Made by a program: the position numbers and the translations under genes. This document shows, piece by piece, positions 48,513 to 57,585 of a DNA stretch of 64,000 nt (its first letter is position 1; every line of letters begins with the position of its first letter). Under the pieces are notes generated by a model. It was not told where the DNA came from. It ran no database searches and saw only the letters and a list, made by a program, of their open reading frames with translations. Origin of the DNA: a virus (lineage: Duplodnaviria > Caudoviricetes); IMG/VR virus record IMGVR_UViG_3300033069_001465. One strand, 5' to 3'.

Positions 48513-49241
48513 CATACCTATTTTTCCAACAGTTGCATTGACGTGCATTTGTAGCTTATCTTTATCTAATGATGATAATTGTTGAAGAAGCTGAAAGCTT
48601 TTTTGATATCCTGTCATATCAGCTTGCTCTCTATTATGCCAAAAATGATAGCACCTATATGGCATCTCTTTATAGGTTAGTCCTAGTTTCTTAACCTTAA
48701 CTGTCTGAAAATCATCTTCACATCCCCATCCCTCAAACATTTGACACCACCCACCAATTTTAACAATTGATTCAGCTTTGAAAATAACAATGCCACCACA
48801 AAGATTAATCTTTTGATTGTCATTTTCACCACGTCCAGCTCTTTGTATTTGTGGAAGCATGTTAAATGGATAATTGGTTTCCTCTGGAGTTAAATCTAAT
48901 ACAGAAGAATATGGACTAACCACATCGAAGTTATTTAATTCGTTAATAGAATTAACGAGTTCTTGAGGATCCATAACGATATCACAGTCTCCGAAAATAA
49001 TTACAGGATTTTTATTTCTTTTTAAGGCAACATTAAATGCCCATGATCTATTGTAAGGCTTATCACTTTTTATAAATACATGAGTAGCTCTTAGATTTAG
49101 ATGTGAAATTTTAGAATATTTATCTTGTTCTACGATGATTACATCAACATTATTGAAGCTTGCCAGCCATTCCAATACCTTCCTTAGATTGATTATTCTA
49201 TCCATTCTGTGACGGTATCCGATAACATATGTTACTCTCAT
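48495..49241 (-). CDS. Glycosyltransferase (GT2 with GT7-C-like region)
   Basis: IIVEQ, NRSWAFN, DCD, GGW...GWGCEDD, HFWH. Confidence 0.85.
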   Translation of the reverse strand: MRVTYVIGYRHRMDRIINLRKVLEWLASFNNVDVIIVEQDKYSKISHLNLRATHVFIKSDKPYNRSWAFNVALKRNKNPVIIFGDCDIVMDPQELVNSINELNNFDVVSPYSSVLDLTPEETNYPFNMLPQIQRAGRGENDNQKINLCGGIVIFKAESIVKIGGWCQMFEGWGCEDDFQTVKVKKLGLTYKEMPYRCYHFWHNREQADMTGYQKSFQLLQQLSSLDKDKLQMHVNATVGKIGMLNQYS

Positions 49242-49304
49242 TATAATTGTTTATTTTTAGTTTATATTCTATTTTAATTTGTTTGTTTCTAAGTAAATAT
49301 AAAA

Positions 49305-49336
49305 TTTGGTTATTTATTAAAATATTTTTATATTTG
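49305..49336 (+). promoter_or_regulatory. Bacteroidota-type promoter
   Basis: TTTG-N20-TATATTTG upstream of the peptidase. Confidence 0.7.
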
Positions 49337-49354
49337 TAAAAATAATAGTGTGAA

Positions 49355-50521
49355 ATGAAGATACGTAAGAAGTTTTTACAATTGACAAGAATGACATATC
49401 CCTATGGAACCGAAAAGTTTCTGGAATCTTTCCTGCCTGATGGCGTTCAAATGGATAAGTTCGGAAACTACTACCTTTCTGTTGGTGATAATTACACAAC
49501 AATGTTTACCTGTCACTTAGATACATCTTGTCGTAAGATGGAAAATGTTACTCACAAATTTTGTGGGAGTTATATAATGACAGACGGAACAACAATTTTG
49601 GGTGCTGATGATAAGGCGGGTATGATTGTTGTTCTATATATGATAGAAAAGAAAATTCCTGGTCTTTACTACTTCTTTATTGGTGAGGAAACTGGATGTA
49701 TTGGATCCTCTGACTTATCTGAGGAACTTGAAAAAGACGGTGATGTCCCAGTAGAATTAAAAAGCATTCAAAAAGTAATTTCGTTTGATAGACGAGGTAC
49801 AAATTCTGTTATTACAGAACAATTTTATGGAGTTTGCTGTTCAGATGAATTTGCTAAAGAACTTTGTTCACAATTAAACACAAGTGGTCTTTTACAAATG
49901 GTACCGGATGATACAGGAGTCTTAACTGATTCAGCACAATTTATGGGTATTGTTCCTGAATGTACAAACATTTCTGTTGGATATTATGATGAACATACAC
50001 ATAAGGAAAGACAGGATATAGAACACCTTTATAAGCTTTGTAAATCTATTGAAAAAGTAAATTGGGAAACATTGCCGGTGGCTAGAGATCCTATTAAATA
50101 TTACAGTGAGTACTATGGTGGATGGGGATGGGGATGGGATGGTGAAGATGATTGGGAATCACCAAGAGATAAGAGTGTTTCCAACGCAACTCCTGTTATT
50201 AGTCGAGATACACATTTAAGTGAGTATGCTGATTATTCTGCTGGATTGTACTCATTCGTTAAGAGGGATGGTATAAGAACAAAAGCCTATATTTCACAAA
50301 CATGGATTAATCATGAAAAACTATTAATTATGGAAATGTTCCGAAAACAAGGACGTGCCATTGATGAATTAAGATGGGATGGTACATCATGTTGGGTTAG
50401 GGATGTGGGTGAAACTATTAACGCATATGTTGGTAATAGAAGTGACTTAGTTGAATTTATTGAAAACTTTTCTACAATTCCGGTAGCTCATTTGAAATAT
50501 GACTTAGTGTTCGTATCTTAA
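49355..50521 (+). CDS. M20/M28 zinc peptidase, paralog 2
   Basis: CHLDT, LGADDKAG, GEE, FDRR, DEHT. Confidence 0.85.
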   Translation: MKIRKKFLQLTRMTYPYGTEKFLESFLPDGVQMDKFGNYYLSVGDNYTTMFTCHLDTSCRKMENVTHKFCGSYIMTDGTTILGADDKAGMIVVLYMIEKKIPGLYYFFIGEETGCIGSSDLSEELEKDGDVPVELKSIQKVISFDRRGTNSVITEQFYGVCCSDEFAKELCSQLNTSGLLQMVPDDTGVLTDSAQFMGIVPECTNISVGYYDEHTHKERQDIEHLYKLCKSIEKVNWETLPVARDPIKYYSEYYGGWGWGWDGEDDWESPRDKSVSNATPVISRDTHLSEYADYSAGLYSFVKRDGIRTKAYISQTWINHEKLLIMEMFRKQGRAIDELRWDGTSCWVRDVGETINAYVGNRSDLVEFIENFSTIPVAHLKYDLVFVS

Positions 50522-50676
50522 AGATAATTCTTAGGAGTTCTATACTCCTTTTGTTCTACAATTTCTATTAATTGGCTGGGAGACAAATTTTTTGGATCCC
50601 AGCCTTTTTGTTTGCAGTAGTCACTAATAAATTTCTCTATTAATAACTTGGTATCCAATTTTTTACGCTTTTTCAT
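50518..50676 (-). CDS. Small hypothetical protein (not in ORF track)
   Basis: 52 aa MKKRKKLDTKLLIEKFISDYCKQKGWDPKNLSPSQLIEIV...; late motif at 50682-50690. Confidence 0.6.
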   Translation of the reverse strand: MKKRKKLDTKLLIEKFISDYCKQKGWDPKNLSPSQLIEIVEQKEYRTPKNYL

Positions 50677-50691
50677 GCAGGTATATATTAA

Positions 50692-50723
50692 TTTGATTAT
50701 TTCCTCTAAAAGTCGTATCTTTG
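50692..50723 (+). promoter_or_regulatory. Bacteroidota-type promoter
   Basis: TTTG-N20-TATCTTTG, then TAAT-ATG. Confidence 0.75.
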
Positions 50724-50727
50724 TAAT

Positions 50728-51243
50728 ATGTTATTTAAGATAAAAGGCATATTAGACTTTACTCCACAGGATGTGACTAAGAAGCACAAAAATCAATCCG
50801 CGTGGAAATGTGTTGCAATGATTAAAACAAATTGCGATATATCAGATTACTACGCTTGGTTTTTAAAGACAAGATTTAACTTAACTTTAAATAAGCCACT
50901 TAGAGGTACACACATTACTTTCATATCTGATAGAATGGATAGAGAGTTATTTATGGAAGCATCTAATGTTTTCAATGGTAAAGAAATTACTTTCTACTAC
51001 CAAAATATGCCTCGTTCCAATGGTCAACACTGGTGGTTGAGAGTATGGTCTCCTGAAGCAGAAGATATCAGAGAAGCTCTTGGTTTGGCAAGAGATCCTT
51101 ATTTTGGATTACACCTGACTTTAGGTACTGCTAATGAAAAGAATATAGAACACTCTAAGTATATTTTAGATTGCTGCAAGAAGTTTGAATTATTAAGTTC
51201 TGAACCAAGACAGCCATTAGATAATTATGAAATTTTTAAATAA
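50728..51243 (+). CDS. 2H phosphoesterase
   Basis: Two HxT motifs: GTHITF and GLHLTLG. Confidence 0.7.
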   Translation: MLFKIKGILDFTPQDVTKKHKNQSAWKCVAMIKTNCDISDYYAWFLKTRFNLTLNKPLRGTHITFISDRMDRELFMEASNVFNGKEITFYYQNMPRSNGQHWWLRVWSPEAEDIREALGLARDPYFGLHLTLGTANEKNIEHSKYILDCCKKFELLSSEPRQPLDNYEIFK

Positions 51244-51283
51244 TGGTTTGAGCTTGGATAAATTATAAAATAAGTGAAATAAT

Positions 51284-51733
51284 ATGAATTTATTTAAAAT
51301 AATTTGGTATAAAATTTACTACCATCTCAGTAGATATCTGTTTCACAGTGTGGTAAAATCAAATAAAACCGGAAAATACAAGGTCGCGGGACCTTGGAAA
51401 GTACCAAGAATGAGTCCCACGTCCTTATCAAATACAGATGAGGAAATTTATCAATTATTATCTAAATATGCTAACTTATTTATTACAATCGAAAATTTTA
51501 AATTATCCTACCGTGGTAATGACGATTTTAATGATTTTATAAATCTACCGAATAAAGTATCACTTATCTCATTTGGTGATATAAAAGATCTTAAAGGATA
51601 TGTTATATATCTTGAATGTGAGATAAAAGATAAATATCATACAAAATTTATTTTTCATACCGAAAATGTACCTTACGATGATCCAAAATTGGTATCATTA
51701 ATAAGGGACAAAAGATTAAGCGAATTAGTATGA
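51284..51733 (+). CDS. Hypothetical protein
   Basis: C-terminal IRDKRLSEL. Confidence 0.55.
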   Translation: MNLFKIIWYKIYYHLSRYLFHSVVKSNKTGKYKVAGPWKVPRMSPTSLSNTDEEIYQLLSKYANLFITIENFKLSYRGNDDFNDFINLPNKVSLISFGDIKDLKGYVIYLECEIKDKYHTKFIFHTENVPYDDPKLVSLIRDKRLSELV

Positions 51734-52035
51734 TGTACAATCAAGTAGAACTAAAATTATCTTTTTCTGATAGATACAGAAGCTATGAAGATGGTGAGGA
51801 AGCCGAAGTCGGAATAGAGTTTGAAAGTGTTAGTAAAATGAGAAATTTTATAAATAACGGACAAAGAGTATTCAAAGTTTTAATGAATGATACATATGGA
51901 CGAACCTATCGATCAATGTATACAGTTTTCAAAGTGATAAAAATACACAAAATAAAACACAAGAAAATTGAAGCTACTATTCAGAAAATGAACCTAAGAG
52001 ATTATAACTTAGATACGATACTAGAGGCAATCTAA
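51730..52035 (+). CDS. Hypothetical protein
   Basis: C-terminal LRDYNLDTIL. Confidence 0.55.
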   Translation: MMYNQVELKLSFSDRYRSYEDGEEAEVGIEFESVSKMRNFINNGQRVFKVLMNDTYGRTYRSMYTVFKVIKIHKIKHKKIEATIQKMNLRDYNLDTILEAI

Positions 52036-52049
52036 ACAAAAAGATTTAA

Positions 52050-53036
52050 TTATAAAAAAATCCTATTGCCTTTATAGTCACATATTATAAATTCAAAGTA
52101 CATACCCATTCTATGACAGGCTTCCATTTTTTTCTTGTTTTTTTCTATTTTAGACTGATATGTCCATATTGATTTAGCCTCATAAATCTTATTTATGGAT
52201 TTTATATAAAAATCTGGGTAGTATCTTCTTCTGATATTTTTATCATCCATGTAATAGATTACCCCAGTGACCTTATTTATATCCTTGACTGTGTACAAAA
52301 TATCATCTTCTTTATATTTCAAGAGTAAAATATCCAAGGCTATATTTTCATATCCTTGAATTTTGATTATTTTACCTGATGGTAATGTATAATTTTTAAA
52401 TTTTACTCTCGACCTTAAATTATTTAGAAAGTTTTCTTCTTTTTGCATTGGGTGTCCTCCATATTTTTCAAAATTTGCCTTCCTTACTCTATCTTTTATT
52501 ATATCAGATTGTATTGCGTGTTCCACTCCATATTTTTTAAGGTTAGTCTTTTTAACTTTCTGTTTAACTTCTTCAACCTTCATTGGACTATCTACACTAT
52601 ATTTATCAATAATTGATTTTCTTAATTTATTTTTTGTTGCTTCTGTTTTCATAGGATGTGTTCCATATTTTAATAAAAATGTTTTATTTGAACTTTCATT
52701 CCTTTTTTTATTTACAAATATACACCTATGTGATCCACATGAGGATTGATATCCTCTATTATTATCTAAAAATCTACACAGTCCTCCACACTGACAAATT
52801 ACATCATGATCAATATCATTTAATATTCTAAAAACAGATTCTTTTATTGAATTATTATATAAATAAATACTTTTAACTTTCTGTGAAACACTTTTATTTT
52901 TAATTAAAAAAAATGAAAATGATCTATTATTTTTAATTTCTTCTCTTATCTTCAAAAGTGTAATTTTTAATTCTACTTTATTTTTACAAAGTTCTATCTC
53001 ATTTACATATTGAATAAATGCACTTCTACTTTTCAT
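52050..53036 (-). CDS. Homing-endonuclease-like protein (KYG repeats plus PD-(D/E)xK)
   Basis: Repeated KYG-x2-P units; QGYE, YYPDFY, YEAKS. Confidence 0.7.
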   Translation of the reverse strand: MKSRSAFIQYVNEIELCKNKVELKITLLKIREEIKNNRSFSFFLIKNKSVSQKVKSIYLYNNSIKESVFRILNDIDHDVICQCGGLCRFLDNNRGYQSSCGSHRCIFVNKKRNESSNKTFLLKYGTHPMKTEATKNKLRKSIIDKYSVDSPMKVEEVKQKVKKTNLKKYGVEHAIQSDIIKDRVRKANFEKYGGHPMQKEENFLNNLRSRVKFKNYTLPSGKIIKIQGYENIALDILLLKYKEDDILYTVKDINKVTGVIYYMDDKNIRRRYYPDFYIKSINKIYEAKSIWTYQSKIEKNKKKMEACHRMGMYFEFIICDYKGNRIFL

Positions 53037-53106
53037 AAACTTTTTATATATTTTATATAAAATATATATTAGATTATATAATCTCTGTAGTAAAAATAAT
53101 GTAAGT

Positions 53107-53889
53107 ATGCCAGAATTACCTGAGTGTAAAATAATGTCTGAATATATTAATCAACATAGTAATAACAGGTATGTTAAAATCTACAATGTTGAAAGGGGAA
53201 ATATTCCAAGTGAATATTTAAGTTCCAAGTTTGTAATACATTCTACTAATAATGGAAAAGAACTTAATCTCAAATTATCATTTAGAGATAGGGATCCTAT
53301 TACCATTTTTGTTTTTATGGGAATGAGTGGTAATTGGAAGTATGTTAGAACAAATGAGTGGAATGATACCAAATATGTTCGCTTAAGACTCGATGATGAA
53401 ACTGGGCACTCTTTATTATTACATGGTGGATATATGGGTCCGAAGTATAATATTAATAAACCATTTAGTGGAACAAAACGAGGACCAGATCCGATGAAAG
53501 ATTTTGAAAATTTTAAGAAAAATATCATATCCAACTTAGATAAAAAAGATTTTAATAAACCAATTTATGAAGCATTATTGAATCAAAAATATTTCAATGG
53601 TATAGGAAACTATCTTAGGTCTACTATTCTTTATTATTTAGATGAAAATCCATTTCAAAGTGCTAGGGATATAATTAAAAATAGACCAGAAATACTTGAT
53701 TTGTGTAAGGATATTCCTATAAAATCATATCAATTAAATGGTGGCCAACTAAGAGATTGGAAAAATCCATTTGATACCGATTCACAGTCATTTATAGATT
53801 GGGTTTATTATCAAAAAGGTGACTCTATGAAAGATTCAAATAAAAGAACATTTTGGTTTGATCCAAAGTGGAAAAAATATAAAAAATAA
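53107..53889 (+). CDS. Fpg/Nei-family DNA glycosylase
   Basis: MPELPE, MGMSG, GPD, LLNQ-x2-FNGIGNY. Confidence 0.9.
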   Translation: MPELPECKIMSEYINQHSNNRYVKIYNVERGNIPSEYLSSKFVIHSTNNGKELNLKLSFRDRDPITIFVFMGMSGNWKYVRTNEWNDTKYVRLRLDDETGHSLLLHGGYMGPKYNINKPFSGTKRGPDPMKDFENFKKNIISNLDKKDFNKPIYEALLNQKYFNGIGNYLRSTILYYLDENPFQSARDIIKNRPEILDLCKDIPIKSYQLNGGQLRDWKNPFDTDSQSFIDWVYYQKGDSMKDSNKRTFWFDPKWKKYKK

Positions 53890-54154
53890 TATGATGCAAA
53901 CACTAACTGAGGATCAATCAAGGGAATACAACATATCTTTATCAAAGGATATAGAAGATTGGTGGTCTGATCTTTCAATATCTGAAAAGAAAAGTATATA
54001 TGATTATCATAAACCCATGTTTTTACAAATTAAATGTTCACATGAATTTAATAAAATCAATTTCTATTCAGAAAAAATAGAACATTGTCATAAATGTAAT
54101 TATAATAGATCTATCTCTGATGCTAGGAACGAAAAAATAAATGATTTAATATGA
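53858..54154 (+). CDS. Hypothetical protein
   Basis: C-x-H...CxxC; C-terminal ARNEKINDLI; true start probably the ATG near 53891. Confidence 0.55.
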   Translation: MIQSGKNIKNNMMQTLTEDQSREYNISLSKDIEDWWSDLSISEKKSIYDYHKPMFLQIKCSHEFNKINFYSEKIEHCHKCNYNRSISDARNEKINDLI

Positions 54155-54981
54155 ATAAGGCAGATTTTTACTATAAGGAAAATTTAAAAAAAATTATAAA
54201 TGAGGGGTCATTGGATTCTAATCCTCGACCAAAATATAAAGATGGAACACCAGCACATAGTAAATTTATAACACAAGTTTTTGAAGAATATGATATTTCC
54301 AAGGCAGAGTTCCCAATAACAACATTGAGGAATACTGCCATTAAAACTGGTATAAAGGAAATACTTTGGATATATCAAAAGCAGTCAAACTCTTTAAAAG
54401 ATGCTATGGATATGGGAATTAATTGGTGGAATGAATGGGACATTGGTGATAAAACAATCGGACAACGATATGGTGCAACTATCAGAAAATATGATTTTGT
54501 TAATAATATCCTAAAAAATCTTAAAAATGATCCATTTTCTAGGAGACATATCATAAATCTGTATCAAGAAAATGACCTAAGAGAAACGAAAGGTTTATAT
54601 CCATGTGCTTATGAGACTATTTGGAGTGTTAGAAAAAAAAATGATGACTTACTTTTAGATCTAACTTTAAATCAGAGGTCTAACGATTATATAATGGCGG
54701 GATATATAAATAAAATACAATATGTTTCTTTACAAATGATGTTTGCCTCACACCTGGGATATAAAGTTGGCAAATTCTGTCATTTTGTTCAGAACCTACA
54801 TATATATGATAGACATTATGATGCAGCATTAGAGATATTAAGTAGACCGCCGATTAATGATTGCCCATATATTGAACTGAAATCAAAGAAAGATTTTTAT
54901 GACTTTAGTATTGACGATTTCTATATTAAGAATGTGAATGGAATAAAAAAGTTATCATCAGATATAGAAATTGCTATATAA
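54151..54981 (+). CDS. thyA: Thymidylate synthase
   Basis: SRRHI, LYPCA, QRSND, N, HIYDRH. Confidence 0.92.
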   Translation: MNKADFYYKENLKKIINEGSLDSNPRPKYKDGTPAHSKFITQVFEEYDISKAEFPITTLRNTAIKTGIKEILWIYQKQSNSLKDAMDMGINWWNEWDIGDKTIGQRYGATIRKYDFVNNILKNLKNDPFSRRHIINLYQENDLRETKGLYPCAYETIWSVRKKNDDLLLDLTLNQRSNDYIMAGYINKIQYVSLQMMFASHLGYKVGKFCHFVQNLHIYDRHYDAALEILSRPPINDCPYIELKSKKDFYDFSIDDFYIKNVNGIKKLSSDIEIAI

Positions 54982-55735
54982 ATTTATATTTATACTCCTT
55001 GTATTTTTTATTTTTACTTAAAATTCTCCATCTTATTGTTGTTATTGGTATGTTTAGTTGATTTGAAGCCTCTCCTAATGATGAATATTCAATTTCATTT
55101 ATTATTACAGGTGTGTTCTGTGATCCTTTATACCCTCTAGTTAATGCACTTTTTGACATCTTTTCTATTGATTCTTTAGAGTGTTTCTTGCCAAAAAATG
55201 GATTTTTATCACCAGATTTATCAAAACATTTAATGCATTTATTGGTATTTTGCTTTTTAGTTCTTCCACATTCGCAATAATAAACAATCTTTGATTTTCC
55301 ATTTTGCCAATTCGGATTTTTCTCCATTGGTTTTGAAAATTTAATAATTTTTTCTTCTTTAGTCATATTGGAAAAAGTTAAAATTAGTGATTTACTAATT
55401 TTATCACATATTTCCTTTTTATTTGGATTGTATGATAGATTATCACCACCGGAAGATGAAATTCCTATATTAAATCCATTTATATATGGTTTATATAAAT
55501 CCAAATAGTATTGCTCTCGTATCAATAAAATATTTGTATCACACTTTTCAACTATCTCAAATTTAAAATTATCTATTCCATATTTATTGAATGATCTTTG
55601 CATATATATATTTATATGTTTATCTAAGTTAAGATCATTAATATGTCTATTCCATCTTATCTTTATATTTTTTGCCGATCCAATATATATTCTATTATTT
55701 GGAATACATGTGATTTTATAAATTCCCGTAATCAT
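54974..55735 (-). CDS. GIY-YIG homing endonuclease with NUMOD3 motif (start revised to MITGIYK)
   Basis: GIYKI...YIGS; NPFFGKKHS; late motif at 55741-55749. Confidence 0.9.
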   Translation of the reverse strand: MITGIYKITCIPNNRIYIGSAKNIKIRWNRHINDLNLDKHINIYMQRSFNKYGIDNFKFEIVEKCDTNILLIREQYYLDLYKPYINGFNIGISSSGGDNLSYNPNKKEICDKISKSLILTFSNMTKEEKIIKFSKPMEKNPNWQNGKSKIVYYCECGRTKKQNTNKCIKCFDKSGDKNPFFGKKHSKESIEKMSKSALTRGYKGSQNTPVIINEIEYSSLGEASNQLNIPITTIRWRILSKNKKYKEYKYKFI

Positions 55736-55785
55736 ATTAGTATATATTAAATTAATAGAGATATCCTTCAACTATTTATCTAACT

Positions 55786-55817
55786 AAATAAAAAACCCTC
55801 TCAATTGAGAGGGTTTT
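55786..55817 (-). terminator. Intrinsic terminator after the major capsid gene
   Basis: AAAACCCTCTC-AATT-GAGAGGGTTTT followed by a T run. Confidence 0.85.
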
Positions 55818-55836
55818 GTTATTTCTAATCTGAGGA

Positions 55837-57522
55837 TTAGTTAAGGAATCCACCAGCGTCTGTAACGTTAAGTTGCATATACTGTTTTTGTGGGAACCAA
55901 CCAACTTCAGCTACTGCATATCTTGAACGTAATAACATTCTAGGAGCGAATGTAGCTTCAGAAATGATGCTGATAGATTGTGCCATTAAGTATGGAACAA
56001 AGATAACACCAGGTTGATCAGGGTTGTTCTTTCTACCAAGAACGATTCTGTTGTCGTTATACTTCATGTAAGGATCAACATAAACAGTGATATCACCGAT
56101 TTGACCTACAGGGTATAATTGACCTGAACCATTGATCTTAGATTTAGCAGGGTTAATTGTGTAACCAGCTACATCCATGAAAGCTGCTGCAAGACCTCCG
56201 TTAGTAACTGCAAATTGTGCAGGACCAACACGACCTTCAGTTGCGATGAAGTTAGAAGCGTGTACTAACTTAGTGATAAGTTTTCTTTGTACAGCGTGTG
56301 TAGTTTCACCACCTGGGCCAGAAGTACCAACATAAGATGTGTCTAAGTCAAATAAAGGACTACCACCTCTCGTAGGAGCAGATGTTCTGTTTAATGCACC
56401 TAATTCGAAGATTTTAGCAATGATTTGCTTAGAAATTGTTTGAGATAACTCATTAACAAGGATAGACTCCATCTTTTGAACGATGTCCATACCAGTGTTA
56501 GCTTTGATATCTTCAATTTCACTTCTTCTAAGAGCTGAAGATACTTCAATAGTACCAACTGCGATAGATTTAGAAGAAACTTTAGGTCCGATAACACCAG
56601 CGTAGCTGTTATCATCATCTTGACGAGACATTGGATAAGTACCACCGTTAGTCCAGTTAGATACGAAGCCAGGAATGTGATCTTCAAGAGCAGACACTAA
56701 TTCAACTGTACATGCAGAAACTGCAGTACCACCAAGTAAAGTGATTTGAGCCACCATAGAGGCAGTTGGGTTGAAAGTGTTTTTAGTTTGGTCAAATGCC
56801 CAAGGAGCAGGACCAGTTACACTGCTAGGAGTTACAGCACCGAAAGCGTTAGCTTGTCTGTAAGCCTTAAACATTGGGTAACCATCAATACGAGAGAATC
56901 CTAAGAATTCTGTCCAATATTGTTTAGAAACACCACTAGTTGCTGGGTCAGTTGTTGATGTTGAACCAGTGTTGATGTTCTGGAATAATCTACCACCAGC
57001 TAAACCACCCTGAGTTTGAGTGATTGAAGCACTTACTAAAGCAGCAGTTAAACCTGCAACAACAGCGGCAGCTTCACTAGTGCTAGTAACGTTAACTTTG
57101 AAAACCTGAGGTCTTTCATTGTTATCAAGATTACTATCATCATACTGGAAGTCGATGTAAAGTAAGTCGATTTTTGGACCAGGAGTAGGTTTTACAGCAA
57201 CAAGGTCAAGACCAATTGTTTGAGCTGCAATTTTCATAGCTACTGGTAAAAGGTTTTGGCCTAAATCACCAGAACCGACTTGACCACCATGGCTAGACCA
57301 GTTAGTACCGATAGTACTACCTGCCCAAGTTGAAGGCTGAGGAGCGGTTATTGAACCCATACCTGCGATACCTGCGTTAAGGTATGCATTTTCATTGATA
57401 GAGTGGTACTCAGCATATTCTGATAACCAGTCTAATTTTTCTTCGCTAACAACACCCATGTTCTCCAATACAGGAGCCCATTTCTTGAAAGCTTTTTGTT
57501 TGTCTATTCTAATGTGTGACAT
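55837..57522 (-). CDS. Major capsid protein (T4 gp23-like)
   Basis: KWAPVLE, DLVAVKP, VYVDPY, FVPY, PRMLLRSRYA; biased codon usage; follows the protease. Confidence 0.92.
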   Translation of the reverse strand: MSHIRIDKQKAFKKWAPVLENMGVVSEEKLDWLSEYAEYHSINENAYLNAGIAGMGSITAPQPSTWAGSTIGTNWSSHGGQVGSGDLGQNLLPVAMKIAAQTIGLDLVAVKPTPGPKIDLLYIDFQYDDSNLDNNERPQVFKVNVTSTSEAAAVVAGLTAALVSASITQTQGGLAGGRLFQNINTGSTSTTDPATSGVSKQYWTEFLGFSRIDGYPMFKAYRQANAFGAVTPSSVTGPAPWAFDQTKNTFNPTASMVAQITLLGGTAVSACTVELVSALEDHIPGFVSNWTNGGTYPMSRQDDDNSYAGVIGPKVSSKSIAVGTIEVSSALRRSEIEDIKANTGMDIVQKMESILVNELSQTISKQIIAKIFELGALNRTSAPTRGGSPLFDLDTSYVGTSGPGGETTHAVQRKLITKLVHASNFIATEGRVGPAQFAVTNGGLAAAFMDVAGYTINPAKSKINGSGQLYPVGQIGDITVYVDPYMKYNDNRIVLGRKNNPDQPGVIFVPYLMAQSISIISEATFAPRMLLRSRYAVAEVGWFPQKQYMQLNVTDAGGFLN

Positions 57523-57585
57523 TTTTTTTTGTTTGTTTTTTTGTCTACTTTCGTAGATTAGTTTTTTTTAGTCTATTTTCATAGA

